This document shows, piece after piece, positions 11,616 through 26,600 of a stretch of 64,000 bases of DNA. A program made the translations under genes and the position numbers. The stretch spans positions 9,171,812 through 9,235,811 of the forward strand of contig NC_092675.1 in the NCBI RefSeq assembly GCF_964355755.1, given 5' to 3'. Under the pieces are notes generated by a model. It did no database searches and was not told the DNA's origin. It worked only from the letters and a program-made list of their open reading frames with translations. The stretch is from Antedon mediterranea. Taxonomy: Eukaryota > Animalia > Echinodermata. How positions within the stretch are numbered: position 1 is the stretch's first letter; each line of letters starts with the position of its first letter.

Positions 11616-14600
11616 ATGTTTAGTAGATCAGCAGGATGGTCAAGATGTCATCAATGTGTCAGTTTTTTCTTGGAACAGCCATCAATTATGTTTCACAGTT
11701 GTTCGAATTATTGCACATCCCCTCAAGATCCACCATCCAGATTCAATCCTATCAAGATCCAGATGATTTCAGAATCTCTCCACAAACAAATTTTCAAAGA
11801 TGCAAAGCAAATAGACAGCAAACTACAACGGGAGATGATTAATAAAAGCATAGAGGAATTAAGAACACATGGTCTTTGGGGAAAACGAGGATCAGTAGTT
11901 GCTGATGTTAACTTTGATCTTCCTAAGCTGCATGGAAATACAATAGATGAACATTTTAGAGAAATTTCGAGGAGACAGATAGAACAATATGTTAAATTGG
12001 CAAATTCACTTACGAAAAATCCATTACCTCCGAAGCCAAATGAATGGCTTATGCGTAGTGGATGGACACGTTACAATGCAAAAGGTAGCGTTGAAAAGGT
12101 GAATTATCCACGAGAAGATGTAGTTGTTTTTGATGTTGAAGTCTGTTTAAGTGAAGGAAGTTTGCCAACATTGGCTGTTGCAGTTTCTCCAAAAGCATGG
12201 TAGTTTATTTATTAATATTATTAGTGAGATTATTCAATTGGATCTGTTTTCAAAATTTGGTCAAGAAGCACAATTTAAATTATATTGTCATTATTTTAAA
12301 ATATTTCTTTAATTGGAGATATTTGCCTGTGATGCACTAATGTAACATATCAAGCATATGTGTGTGACTCTAATGTAAAGTTTCTATTGCCACAGTTGTG
12401 GACAGTAGGATAATGGCACATGGTTGACCTTGCTGATAGAAAATAAGCCATCAGGAAATACAGTACTAAAGTTCCCATGATCAACTGTGCCAGTGAGGAA
12501 AACTTAAAATTATATGCAAGGTTGACTATGGTGATAGCATCGTCTGAAAAGTAAAGAGCACTGCAGAAAACTTTAATCTTCTTGATTTGAATAGAATATA
12601 ATCAACATCATAAAAATCCTTAGAACAAAATCTCCTGTAAAATATTATGTTTCATTTCATTTTATCTTTTACCAGGTATAGCTGGTGTAGTCAGAATCTG
12701 ACTGAAGATCATCTGGTGATCTCCTCTGGGACAGGAACACTAAAGGCATCATTAAAAGATTTAATATCTCTTGAAAACCCTTCCAAAGCATCCCAACCTC
12801 GTCTTGTTATTGGACACAATGTTAGTTATGATCGGTCATATATCAAAGAACAGTATCTAATTAAGGTAAATTATAATAAAGTTACAAAAAAGACCTCTAG
12901 ATCCTTGCTGTAATATCTGAAGGATAATAAACTCAGTAAATCAGAATGTTAGTGTTGCTAATATGTTTCCATCTACTAATGGCACTAAAACTGGTACAGT
13001 TGTTAATAAGTATTGAAATGTTTTTGATCATATTTTTTGGTTTTATATCTTAGGGTACTAACATGCGATTTCTGGACACCCTCAGTTTACACATGTGCGT
13101 TTCTGGCTTGACAACATTTCAACGTTCCCTTTGGAAAGCTTCAAAATTATCAAAAGGCAGTAATACCAAAGAAGTCCGAGAACATAACGAAAAAGTCAAA
13201 AAGAAAATGGGTTTTGTGGTAATTTGTTAAATTTTATATTTCATACAACATTGTTATCAAAAATTAAAAAGAATCAAATTTCAAGAAAATTTTATTTAAC
13301 TAGATGGTACGCTCGCTTCGCTCGCGTACCATCTAGGTCGTGCCCACAGATGGTTCTCGAATACACAGTAATTTCAGCGTAACAAAACTGGCAATTTCAA
13401 ATGTACGTACCGCAGGACTATAATACATTGTCGTTTACAGAAACGAATAAAAAGACACGATGATTTATGTAGTCAACTAAAATTAGTACCCTGGGAATTA
13501 CTTCCGAAGGAGAAACTTATCACAAAATGAGTCCAAATTTTTGATTTGGACTCATTTAAAGAAACCCAATTTGTGTTTTTATGTAACATTAGGGTTGAGG
13601 GATGGGAAAGCGGATAGGTACAAAGAGGAACAATTTTTAAATATATTCTTTATCCACTCAGTAACGAAATATTTTGTTCATGTTTTATAGGCCTATAAAT
13701 AATATACCTCTAAATACAGTAAAACATTTGCGATTTAATACTTTGTTAAAACTGTCACTGTCATAATCGATTGAAATATTAAAGTACATGTCACGATACA
13801 CCACTACGACGTTTATATTTTTGGTAATTATTAATTAATACAAACGTTGATGAGAAGGAACTGTCAGTATAAAGTTTATTTGTATATCTAACAGTAGAGC
13901 CTATCCACAATCTCAGTAATAAAGTTTATTTGTATATATTTTATGTTACATCTAACAGTACGAACATTCACAGTAAGAAATGCTCGATTCAAATGTGGAC
14001 CAAAAATAGTTAATAGGTATTTACAGTATTGTCAAAGTATTGCAAGTTTATTCTCAAAGGACCCATATATTTACCTACCGTTTGTGTTAAACCAAGGGCT
14101 CATAAATTTACCTACTTGTGTTAAACCAAACTCTGGCAGACTGAGAGATTGGGATGTTCCATTCATCGCAAATCAATACATTTGTATAATTGTATATTAA
14201 ATCTATCAAAATAGTATTTTTTAAAGAAAATCTGCCTGTCTTCAACATTATGATGCTGTACTCCAGCTGTTCAACCGGTTTTCAGCTATTAAAAACAATT
14301 ATCGTAGGAGGAGATAGGAAAATGCGAAGCCTCCTCGCATTTTTGTGGCGGGTATTTTTCAAGATGGACATCCATTAGACAGTGTATACCACGATCGGAA
14401 AACACCCCTATTTGGGGCAAATCGTTGAACCTAAATTCGTTTTAATCGTCAATAAATAATTATCTAACTTAATTTAATTAGTAAACAGGGTTACATCAGG
14501 TGGTTAAAATCAGTACCGAAAGTACGAACCAACTTTATATACCATCGAGTAAAAATTCTAGAAGTAAGGCGCGATTTACCGAATTTTGCCCTTACGTAAA

Positions 14601-17600
14601 TTTATATATAGATAAATGAATGAGTGAGATGTTGATTGGGAAATAATGTATTTGATAATTTAAAAATAAATTTATACTTTAATAAATAAATTTGAAATAG
14701 CTTGATTATATGTTATTAAATAGGGACATCATGCTTGGCTAGATGAAGGTAGTCCTAACAGCCTGGCAGATGTGTATGCACTATATAGTGAAACAGGAAA
14801 GAAATTAGACAAAAGTACTAGAGATGTGTTTGTCACTGGTACCATTGAAGATGTTAAAACACAATTCCAGGTAAGAAATATTACGAGTTCAAAATGACAA
14901 GATACATTGCTTTTTAGTACGATGTCAAGCACCTAGGAATAGACCTTCAAACTTTTTGCTTAAAAATACTACTGTATTCATATGCAGTAATACCCAGCTC
15001 TTCCCTAAAAAAGAAATAAATAATTTAATGTTTTAGGTTATTCTTGTTTTAGGAGGTTATGTCCTATTGTGCTCAAGATGTTTCTGCTACTCATGAAATA
15101 TTTGTCAAACTTTTAGAAGAATTTTGTACAAGGTAAACTAGTGTTATTTTTATCAACTATCTATTGTTTTACTGCATTTCAAATGTAGTCTGTTACTAAA
15201 TACAATCTATTACGGTTTGAAATTCTTTGCTAGTTGCAATCCATTATGGCCGCAATCAGTTGCTAGATGCAGTCCATTGCTGGTTGCAAAATATATGGGT
15301 GCAATATATTACTGTACATTACTGTATGCATACATGGACGTAATTTATTACTGTATGCAATATATTGACGCAATTTATTACTGTATGCAATTCAGCAAAA
15401 TTCATTACTGTATGTAATGCCTACAAGTGCAATGCATTATTGAATGCGAATTGATATTGGAATTTTGACTGAATGTTGATTCTCAACTAAACAACAGGAA
15501 GATCTTACAGTACCTCTGTTCCTGGATGCCATTTATTTACCTGAAGTTCTGAACTGAAAGTAGTGGAAGCAGCATCGCCATGCATTTAAAAATCTCATCC
15601 TTTTGGATTAAACATTGCCATTAAACATTGCTATTTTTGTTGAATTGGAGATTGTGTGGATTAAAGTTTACCAAAATCAGACATTGGGAAGTGGGTTAAT
15701 TTGAATTTATGGTAATTAACCCACTTCCTAAAGTCCGATTTTGGTAAACTTTGGAAATGATCTTTATTTCAACAAGGAGAATGTCAAGACACTTGTTTTC
15801 CTGCAGTTCCTAAATTGTTTGCATAATATAATGTCATTTAAGCAGTTATATTATAATATGACGTCACAACTTCTATGACATCATATGGGAATTTAAATAT
15901 GGTAATATTAGAATGTTTAATATCACATTTAAATCTACTCGTAATGCACTTAGATGGCCTAAATCCAACCGTTAAGGAGATATGGGGCTTTAAAATAGCA
16001 AAAATGCGGCCATGTATGTATGTACAGTATGTAACAATCCATTACTGTATGCAATCCATTACTGTAAACCATTGTATACAATTCATTACTGTAAACCATT
16101 GTATACAATCCATAACTGTAAACCATTATTGTATACAATCCATTCTGTATGTAATCCATTATTGTATCCAATCCATTACTGTATGTAATCCATTATTGTA
16201 TCCAATCCATTACTGTATGTAATCCATTATTGTATACAATCCATTATTGTATGTAATCCATTATTGTATACAATCCATTATTGTATGTAATCCATTATTG
16301 TATCCAATCCATTACTGTATGTAATCTATTATTGTATACAATCCATTACTGTATGCAATCCATTATTGTATGCAATCCATTACTGTATGTAATCCATTAT
16401 TGTATGCAATCCATTATTGTATGTAATCCAGTATTGTATGTAATTCATTATTGTATGTAATCCATTACTGTATGTAATCCATTACTGTATCCAATCCATT
16501 ACTGTAAACCATTGTATACAATCCATTACTGTAAACCATTATTGCATACAATCCATTACTGTATCCAATCCATTACTGTATGCAATTCATTATTGTATAC
16601 AATCCATTATTGTATGTAATCCATTATTGTATGCAATCCATTATACTGTATTTAATCCATTACTGTATGTAATCCATTATTGTATACAATCCATTATTGT
16701 AAGCAATCCATTATTGTATGTAATCCATTACTGTATGTAATCCATTACTGTAAACCATTATTGTATACAATCCATAACTGTATCCAATCCATTACTGTAT
16801 GCAATCCATTACTGTATACAATCCATTATTGTATGTAATTCATTGTATGTAATTCATTACTGTATGTAATCCATTACTGTATACAATCCATTATTGTATG
16901 TAATCCATTATTGTATACAATCCATTATTGTATGTAATCCATTTCTGTATACAATCCATTATTGTATGCAATTCATTACTGTATGTAATCCATTACTGTA
17001 TACAATCCATTATTGTATGTAATCCATTATTGTATACAATCCATTACTGTATGTAATTCATTACTGTATACAATCCATTATTGTATGCAATTCATTACTG
17101 TATGTAATCCATTATTGTATGTAATTCATTACTGTATGTAATCCATTATTGTATACAATCCATTATTGTATGTAATCCATTTCTGTATACAATCCATTAT
17201 TGTATGCAATTCATTACTGTATGTAATCCATTACTGTATACAATCCATTATTGTATGTAATTCATTATTGTATGTAATCCATTATTGTATGTAATTCATT
17301 ACTATATGTAATCCATTATTGTATGTAATTCATTACTGTATGTAATCCATTATTGTATGCAATCCATTACTGTATGTAATCCATTATTGTATGTAATCCA
17401 TTACTGTATACAATCCATTATTGTATGCAATTCATTACTGTATGTAATCCATTATTGTATGCAATCCATTACTGTATGTAATCCATTATTGTATGTAATC
17501 CGTTACTGTATCCAATCCATTACTGTATGTAATCCATTACTGTATGCAATCCATTACTGTATGCAATCCATTACTGTATGCAATCCATTACTGTAATCCA

Positions 17601-20600
17601 TTACTGTATGCAATCCATTACTGTATGCAATCCATTACTGTATGTAATCCATTACTGTATGTAATCCATTACTGTATGCAATCCATTACTGTATGCAATC
17701 CATTACTGTATGTAAACCATTATTGTATGTAATACATTATTGTATGTAACTTATTATTGTATGCAATCCATTACTGTATGCAATCCATTACTGTATGCAA
17801 TCCATTACTGTATGCAATCCATTACTGTATGTAATCCATTACTGTATGTAATCCATTACTGTATGTAATCCATTACTGTATGTAATCCATTACTGTATGT
17901 AAGCCATTATTGTATGCAACCCATTATGCAGGTTTGCAGACCTCTGTCCCACTACCAATTATACTCATTTTATACATAACTCCAGGTTTCCACATCCTGT
18001 TACATTTGCTGGAATGCTTGAAATGAGTCAAGCCTACCTGCCTGTTAATCAGAACTGGAATCGATATATTGAAGAGTCACAAGATTCATACCTGAACTTG
18101 CAACAGGAGATGAAACTGTCACTGATGCACCTTGCTAATGATGCCTGCTCACTTTTAAATCATGAAAGGTATACTGTACCCTCTTTTTTTTCTTAATTCT
18201 GTTGTATATTTGTTAAGTGGACCAATAAAGAAATCTATATACTGTATACCCAAAACACCACCTTATACCACACATTGTACCCTTTCATGTATAAATATTT
18301 TTACTACCAAAACACTTTTCTTTTTAATTTAATAGATATTGTCCTTTCTTACCACCATCTTTCTAGCTTCCACAATTCACATCTTTATTCAATGTTTTTT
18401 AAATGATATGTTTGCAGTTTTAAAGATGATCCTTGGTTGTGGGATTTAGACTGGAAGTCAACCAAAATAAGACTTAACAAGGAAACTGTCACAAAGAAAT
18501 GTACAAATGGAATAAAAAATAATAGTTCAAAAGAAAATGAACTGGTACATACATGTGCGACAGAAGAAAAACCTACAGAACAGAAGGACAAAGGTACTAC
18601 AAATCAAGAAGATGAAGAAGAGAAGGAAGCAGCTCGTCAGCGCATTCAAGCAGTCCTTGAAACTTCTAAACGTCTTCCAAAAAATCAGCAACATATGTCT
18701 GGATATCCAAAGTAATACAGTATTTTACTATATTCATATAGTTGACAAGTAATGTCATCATTTACTTTATTAACTCATACAAGGGATTACTTTCTGCATA
18801 TCTTGCACATAATCCACCAATAAAATGATTTTTACGGTACAGTAAGCAACCATGCACAAAATTACCAGATTTGTACTAGGAAGGCTTTAAACTACATATA
18901 GAAACCCAGACTAGGGAGCATAGTGGAATTCTGTTTTATTATACATGCTTTTCATTTGCTCATTATTATACAGTAGTAAGTTACTTAACTGAGAAGAATT
19001 CAGGTTTGAAAGTTTTATATAATAGGTGGTATCGTGAACTGTGTCCAAAGGTAAATGGTACTGATTGGGCGCCTGGCCCTGCCCAAATCAGCTCGCAAGT
19101 ACGAGTCACTCCTAAGCTGCTTCGACTTACCTGGGATGGGTACCCATTGTACCATGAGATCAAGCATGGATGGGGATTTCTTGTTCCAAAAAGTCTAGAA
19201 AAACAACAAGTAGAATGTGAGAACAAACCAGACAATAAAGATGCAAATGATGAAGAACCAAAACCAATTTTTCCAATAAAGTAAATATTAAAATAGTTAT
19301 TAATTTTATTGTTATTTTAACAATTTACTGAAAGGAGTATTTTTTAATATTTTTATGTATATATTTTACTAGGTCTTTACTGAAAATGATTGGCAATTCC
19401 AAGGATGCCTTAAATATATCACTAAAAACAGGACAGGTAAGTTAGTTCTAAAACAAATTCGATCCAACTTGGCCCTAAACCGTCTCGGCCCCACGTCAAG
19501 TCGGCCCCACATCAAGTCGGCCCCACGTCAACTCGGCCTCAAGTAAACTCGACCTCAAGTCAACTCGACCTCAAGTCAACTCGGCCTCACGTCAACTCAT
19601 CCAAAAACTTTTCCGTCAACTCGGCCTCTAAAAACTATGGATCGCAAAAAGTGCTAATATAGTAGTTAATATTATAATAGCAGGATAAACATCAGAGACG
19701 GTTGGACTAGGGCCTATAATAGACGAAATAAAACGGAAAATTCAATATAAATTATAACACACTGGGCCTGATCGTTTTTCGTTTAATTGATAGGTAGTAT
19801 TTATTTATATTGTTTGAAATAAATAAATATTTCTTACCATTTTGTATACAGGAATAACTGTCGAAGAAGACATTTTAATGAATAATATTTTAACAATATA
19901 CTTCGGTCTACAACTGTATATACATCAATATAAAAAGAATAAAATAACATTAAAATCATAACAAATCAAAAGGCAAGAATACAAATTGCATAAGCATTAT
20001 GAGTATAGGTTACATGCACACACACCCAGACATGAATGTGCATTATTTTCAAAGGCCTTACAGTTTTTTTTGTATGACATTTTTATTTTCATTTCGTTTC
20101 TACTTTATAATTATTCATAATTAATACAGTACACCATGGGAAGAGAGAAATTTGCTTCCATAACAGTCCATAGGGATGTGATTGTGATTTTATTGTATTA
20201 AATTATGGATTCATGGAATTTGTCATGGTGTGTGTTGTTACTATCATCGGGAATCTTGTGTCCCGTTTTGTAATATCATCTTTAATTAAACTGACAAGAT
20301 GACCGTATTGGTGAAGCGTCATTCTAAAAAGAATAATTTCATCCTCACTATCATCCGATGACCATCCAGAAACGGCTGCCATTTTAACGTTTGCCCGTTT
20401 TCACGGAATACGTCACAAAATGGAACAGGTGTGAATGTTTAAAACGGAACGGTGAACGGGCACGCGTCACGTTGAAGAAAACGGCGCCGTCTTCCGTTCC
20501 ACGAAACGGAACAGGTACGGACGGTGGGAATGCCCCTTTAGGTGATCAATTTTATTGAACAATACAGGGCGCGGTGGGTGTTAAAAACCAGATGAGAATG

Positions 20601-23600
20601 CTAAGGCAATATTATGTTGTTTAGGAATTCCGTTGTTTAGGACTCAAACAATATGTTTTAGTTTTTGCTTGACAAAATAAAAATACGCCATTTTTTCATG
20701 ATGATTTCTTCAGTGTGTTTTAAATTAGTTTTTATGCTTAACAAAATAAAAATACACCATTTATTCATGATGATTTCTTCAGTGTGTTTTAGATTAATTT
20801 CCCATACATAAAATGGATTCATTGGATTCTCCATTATTATCAAATCACAAAAGTAATAAAAACAATTTGAATAATGCACAATTGCAATAGAACTTTAACA
20901 TGACAGAACATTCCGAATTTGTTTCCATAATCTCTTCGGTAGTTTGACATCGTCATTGAACCCCCGAAAAAATAAATTTGTGAAAGATTTTGTTACTGTA
21001 ATATACCATTTTAATGGCACATATAGTTATTCACTTTGACCGTAACATATTGCTAATAATTTGAGAGAGAATATATACACAAAAAAAAACATTTTTATTT
21101 TACTGTATTAATCTAATAATATCTATATAATATATAGGCCTTCTAAGAATATTTCGATTATTTCTGGGAACATCCACGTTGTATCAAAAAATAGATCTAA
21201 CAAACACATTACTGAGGGTTCTTACTGAGACTAATCAACCAACAATATAAATAAATACTACCTATCAATTAAATGAAAAACGATCAGGCCCAGTGTGTTA
21301 TAATTTATATTGAAATTTCCGTTTTATTTTGTCTATTATGTAGGCCTAACCGTACTATATCCTGCCATTGTAATAAATGAACTACTATATTAGCACTTTT
21401 TTGCGTTCCATACTTTTTTTCGAGTTGACGTGAGTCCGAGTTGACGTGAGGCCAAGTTGAATTGAGGCCGAGTTGACTTGGGGCCGACTTGACGTGAGGC
21501 CGACTTGACTTTGGCCAAGACGGTTTAGGTCCGAGTTGACCTGCACCCTTTAAAACAAAAATCAAGAAAATGCAAAGTTTATTCTAAATCCAATTCTATA
21601 TAGAAAGTACTGTATTTTAACTTTTTCTGATTTTACTTTTTTGATGTAGCCTACAATGCATTGAAGTAATTGCAATAACATACTAAATATATTTCATGCA
21701 TTTTACAATTTGTTTTTCTTTTATAAAGTTCAATGAAGATGCTTCAAATGGAGAGGATGCTCAATATCAATCCAAACTTTGCAATGATGTACATGTTCAT
21801 GGTTGTGATTTTTACAAGCTTCCACACAAGGTGCACTAGCTTTATACTTTATGTGTTGGCATTATAAATCGAGTTTTCGTAGTGAGATGGTACGAAAAGG
21901 GGATGGTAGATATGAAAGGATATGGTGGTAATTTGTACAAAATATTAATTAGCGTGCATATAAGCCCAGTTCATCGGGACTATAATGGGATTTTTGCCAT
22001 TTATTTTATTCAAAATTTAATAATAGTTTTAACAATCTTAATTGATCAGCCACTGTATTTCATTTCACAAGGTTAGAGAATTATGTTACACTTAAATGCA
22101 GTGAATTTTGACTGTTGTTCAATATTCAATGTATGTACAAATTTCAAAAATACATTTTTTTTAAATATTTAAACTTAAGTCTCTCCCCTTTAAATGCATT
22201 ATATTTTATTCTGAGTTTAAATCAAAGTCAAAATTATATCTCAAAGATAAATAATAAGCAAATATTTGGTACCAATATCCTTTTTTATGAACTTTTATTT
22301 TAATGAAATTAATGAATTTAAACATTTTTCTGATTTATTGTACATGTATGAATTTTAACTTTTATGAATCCTCTTGTATCTTTATGTTTAAATGTTGTTT
22401 GTTTAATTGTTTTTAAGAGGGCCTCTTCAAACCTTAATAAACTTATTAAACCACCAAGCCTGCATGTACAGGGTCTGCGTACTGTCTTGGAGGGTGCTAA
22501 TTCATGTCACGCTTGGTTAATTACCGTCCCCTTCATTTACCATCCCGATGCGAAAGCTCCCTACTAATTTATAGGCTTAAAGCTTGTATTCAGAATATAA
22601 GGTTGAGGTGTTACTTTATACCCCTTTCACATCGCCTTGCAAAACTCCCAAGTTTACAGATACTTGAGTGTTGTCCACTAACATGTGGTGTGAAGTGTGT
22701 CTCCAGCTTCAGGTGAAAGGGGTACTAGACTGCAACCTGGTTTGTTATACTCTGGTTTTTGGAGTTGCTATTTTTTTACATTTTTATTTATACAACTTAG
22801 TAGCTTGCTAGTCTTAAGCACTACAGTATATACAAGTATATACATTGAACCTGATTTGTATTTACATAGCTGGATTAGATTTTAGATTTAAACATTTTCA
22901 TTAATTTAGATAATATTAATTTCCAGGATGGCTTGCGACATAATGTTGGTAACCCCCTTGCTAAAGATTTCTTAAGCAAGATGGAAGATGGAACATTAAA
23001 GGCATCGGGAGGTACACAAGCAGATCGCATTCTTGAAATCAACAAATTAATTTCATTTTGGCGCAATGCAAAAAAGAGGATAACGTAAGTTGATTAATTT
23101 CCAAACATCCAAAATGGTTTAATATTGTCATGTTTAACACATTCCTTTACAAGTTTAAAATTTCCATTGTTTAATGTAAATATATTTGCAATCACATGAT
23201 AACGCCACTTTTTACCAAAAGTAATGAATAATATTTTATTTGATGATAATATGTTCACCTCAATGGTGTTTCAACAAACAAGGCTCATTTCAATGGAATA
23301 CAAAATGTAGAATAGAAAAAAAAAGTACAAAAATAACAATAGAAAGTCAAAACTTTAATTAAATTTTTATAATTTCTGCTTGTTTTATATCATTAATTCA
23401 ATTCAATTTATTTCCACAATACACAATACATACAGGATAATAAATACGATGAAGTAATCATGTGGGGGAGGTTCATATAAATCAGAAAGACTTTAAATTT
23501 GACCCACCCCAAGATATAACATTAAATACGAATACGAAAAAGAAAAAATACTTTAACTATAAATAATAAATATTAATAATAAAGAAAAACAAAGTTATTT

Positions 23601-26600
23601 TCTTTTGTTTACCAAGTAAATAATATAGTGATCACTAATAGACCAATGTAATACAAGACCAATGTAATACAAGACCAATGTAATACAACATACTGTATAC
23701 TGTATTTGGTCAATTAGAGTTTTTGGTAATAATCATTAATTATCAATTTTCAATGGTGATTAGTAATTATCTCATTTAACCAGTTAACATGATGGATTGT
23801 TTTCTTTGAAGCCACAGTTTAGATTGCCAATGATTACATCATTATTTGTATGTGTATTTTCAATATCATCTAGTATATGTTTAAAAGATTTAATTAAATG
23901 GTGGTTTGATTTCCATACTAAATAATTCTAGTTCCACAAAATGTTCTGTAATTTTGTACATGAAACCTTTTTTTTCAATATTGCAACCCCACCGGACTTT
24001 CCTAAATTTCATAATTACTTATATAGCCATTTCATTATCATTAATTAAATAGCTAAGTATTTTGTTGTTCTCTAAAAGAAACTTGAATTCATTCATTATT
24101 GAGACCTGCAATTAACCTTTATTATCAAATATATCACATTTGTCAGTGAATATTTTATTCTTATGAATATTAATATTAGGTCACCCTCATCCAGTTCTGT
24201 TATAACTGTGGTAAAAGCAGGAACTCGATCAACACACATTTGCCGAAAAAACCTTCATTTGATCATAACCATTTTTATTGTGCAAAAACAATGGCAATCG
24301 GTAAAGCAAAATTAATTTCATAATTTTGTTTAGATCCCAGTTTGTAGTTGGCCTTGAAAAGAGTAATTTGTCTCAAACAACGATTGAAAATGAACATTAT
24401 GATGAAGATAACTTTTATGGTGCTATTCTACCACGTGTTATAACATGTGGTACAGTTACAAGGAGAGCTGTCGAGCCTACATGGTTAACTGCAAGTAATG
24501 CACGGGTAAGGAATTATTGTTAAATATTAGAGGTTGGGATGCTTTTTGTCCTATTCCAGTACAGTACACTATTCATAACATAATCAAAGCAATGAATATA
24601 ATACATTTCTTGTACAGATCTCCTCCTTGGATACCTTACCCTATCTGTCTTACATGTTCCGTGAAACGTAGATTGAGTAACATTTGTGTTCACCATTACA
24701 ATATTGTTCCATATTTCTCTTTTATTGTTTTTGTTAGTTTTGATTCGTATAGGTTAATTTTTAAGATAGATAGAAGTAATTTCCGGGTTGCACTTTGCGA
24801 CTTCCAGGTTTTTGCTGACCTCTCTAGATGTCGGAGACATTCATATTTTGCATTTTTCGTGTGAAGTTAGCAAAATGAAAGTTAAACTCAAAATAATGAC
24901 AATCTAATCAAATTTATTCAAAAGTCATCAGCGTGTATAGAAAAATGGAAGCTGAGTTGTTAGTTTGCTGGCAGGTTTTAACAGGTTGCGGGCTATCTGT
25001 GTACCTCTGTTAAGACTCTGGATACTTTAGCCCATGTTGCAAGCTATTTAAAAGAGCCCACTGTGACGCAAATGGAATTATCAAAATCCATTTTCCCTTT
25101 CTCCTCCGATTGGTTTTCTAATTGTCTAATGAAATTAATTAGGAACAACAAAATATATGTATAGATAGTGAGGGTAATCAATTAATTAATATTTTAGGTT
25201 ATTGTTGTTTACAGTTCGACTGTCCTAACCGCTCGGTCACTTTACTCTGCCAATATATATCTAATGACTGCATACAATTGTAACCCTCAGGAAGATCGAG
25301 TGGGCAGTGAATTGAAAGCAATGATACAAGCCCCTCCAGGATATCATTTTGTTGGTGCTGATGTTGACTCACAAGAACTCTGGATTGCTGCTCTTCTGGG
25401 TGATGCCAACTTCTGTGGTTTTCATGGTATTAAATGTTTTGTTAAGCTTCCTGTTCATTATTATTAGTAGGTTGATCAAGTCCCAATACACACATACTGT
25501 ATATATGACTTTAGTAGTCTAATCACACTCAATTTTAATCTCTTCCTTCATTTAAGCTATTTTTGGTGTATTGAAAGGAACAGTCGTAAAACAAAACTAG
25601 GGGCTTAGATTTGCATGTTGACTATGTCGACTGATACCATACGTTCACTGCTATAATTAAATAGGTTTAGTTTTATGATAAAAGATAATAAATTAAATAT
25701 GCAGTGGCTACCTCTACGCCTATCGCAGATACAATCCCTATGCTATATCTACGCATATTGAGATGATCAGGCCTCCGGCACTCGTAACGTAAAAAAACAT
25801 CCCTCTGAGAAAATAAAATGATCAATAAAAAAGATTGTGAATAAAAAAAAAATAACAAAAGAATGATACCAATGGGTTTCAAACCCTAGCCTATTGCTAC
25901 AACATGACGTTGAAAGACCCACACACTGCTCATCCAACTGGTTTACGAGATGCACTGATATAACACCGTGTTTTATCAAAAGCCATAGGGGACACTATAT
26001 AGGCGTAAATATAGTCTGGGGATTGTATCTACGACTAGGCGTATATGCAGCCACTATAGAGCCTGTATTAAAAGGTGACATGCAATCTGGTCATTGCTAT
26101 ATTGTTTTTGAATAAAAGTATGTATAATATACAGTAATAATAATAACACTGATTCTAAAAAAGAAATTTTAACTTGGACATTAGAATATATCAATATTCA
26201 ATTCTTAATATTAATAAGTCATTGTATTGATTACAATTAGGATGGGTGTTTATGGTATTTCTGTTTTTCATGCTAGGCTGTACGGCATTTGGTTGGATGA
26301 ATTTACAAGGGAAAAAATCAAACGGAACAGACCTTCACAGTAAAACTGCGAGCACTGTTGCTATAAGCAGAGACCAGGCTAAGGTACCAGTATTCATACA
26401 ATATAGCATCCTCAACCATACCCAGTTTTGTTTAGATTATACAACATGGCACTTGAGATTTTACTATGCATTAGAGCATAGCAATGATTCGTGATACCAC
26501 AAGAGGAACCAACTTCAAACAAATACTTGTAGTGAAATGGTAGTTAATAGCAGGGTGTTGTTTCTGAAAGTAATGTGTTCTCATGCGTATTATTCCAAAT

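Noticed and set aside
15875-17732. Cys/Tyr-rich ORFs ([12 protein letters not shown]...)
   Set aside because: They are translations of the intronic 17-bp minisatellite.
23395-24300. Possible minus-strand LINE remnant (similar tails near 9190, 22440, 39270 and 55110)
   Set aside because: Only simple-repeat tails and composition support it; I could not read diagnostic RT or endonuclease motifs.
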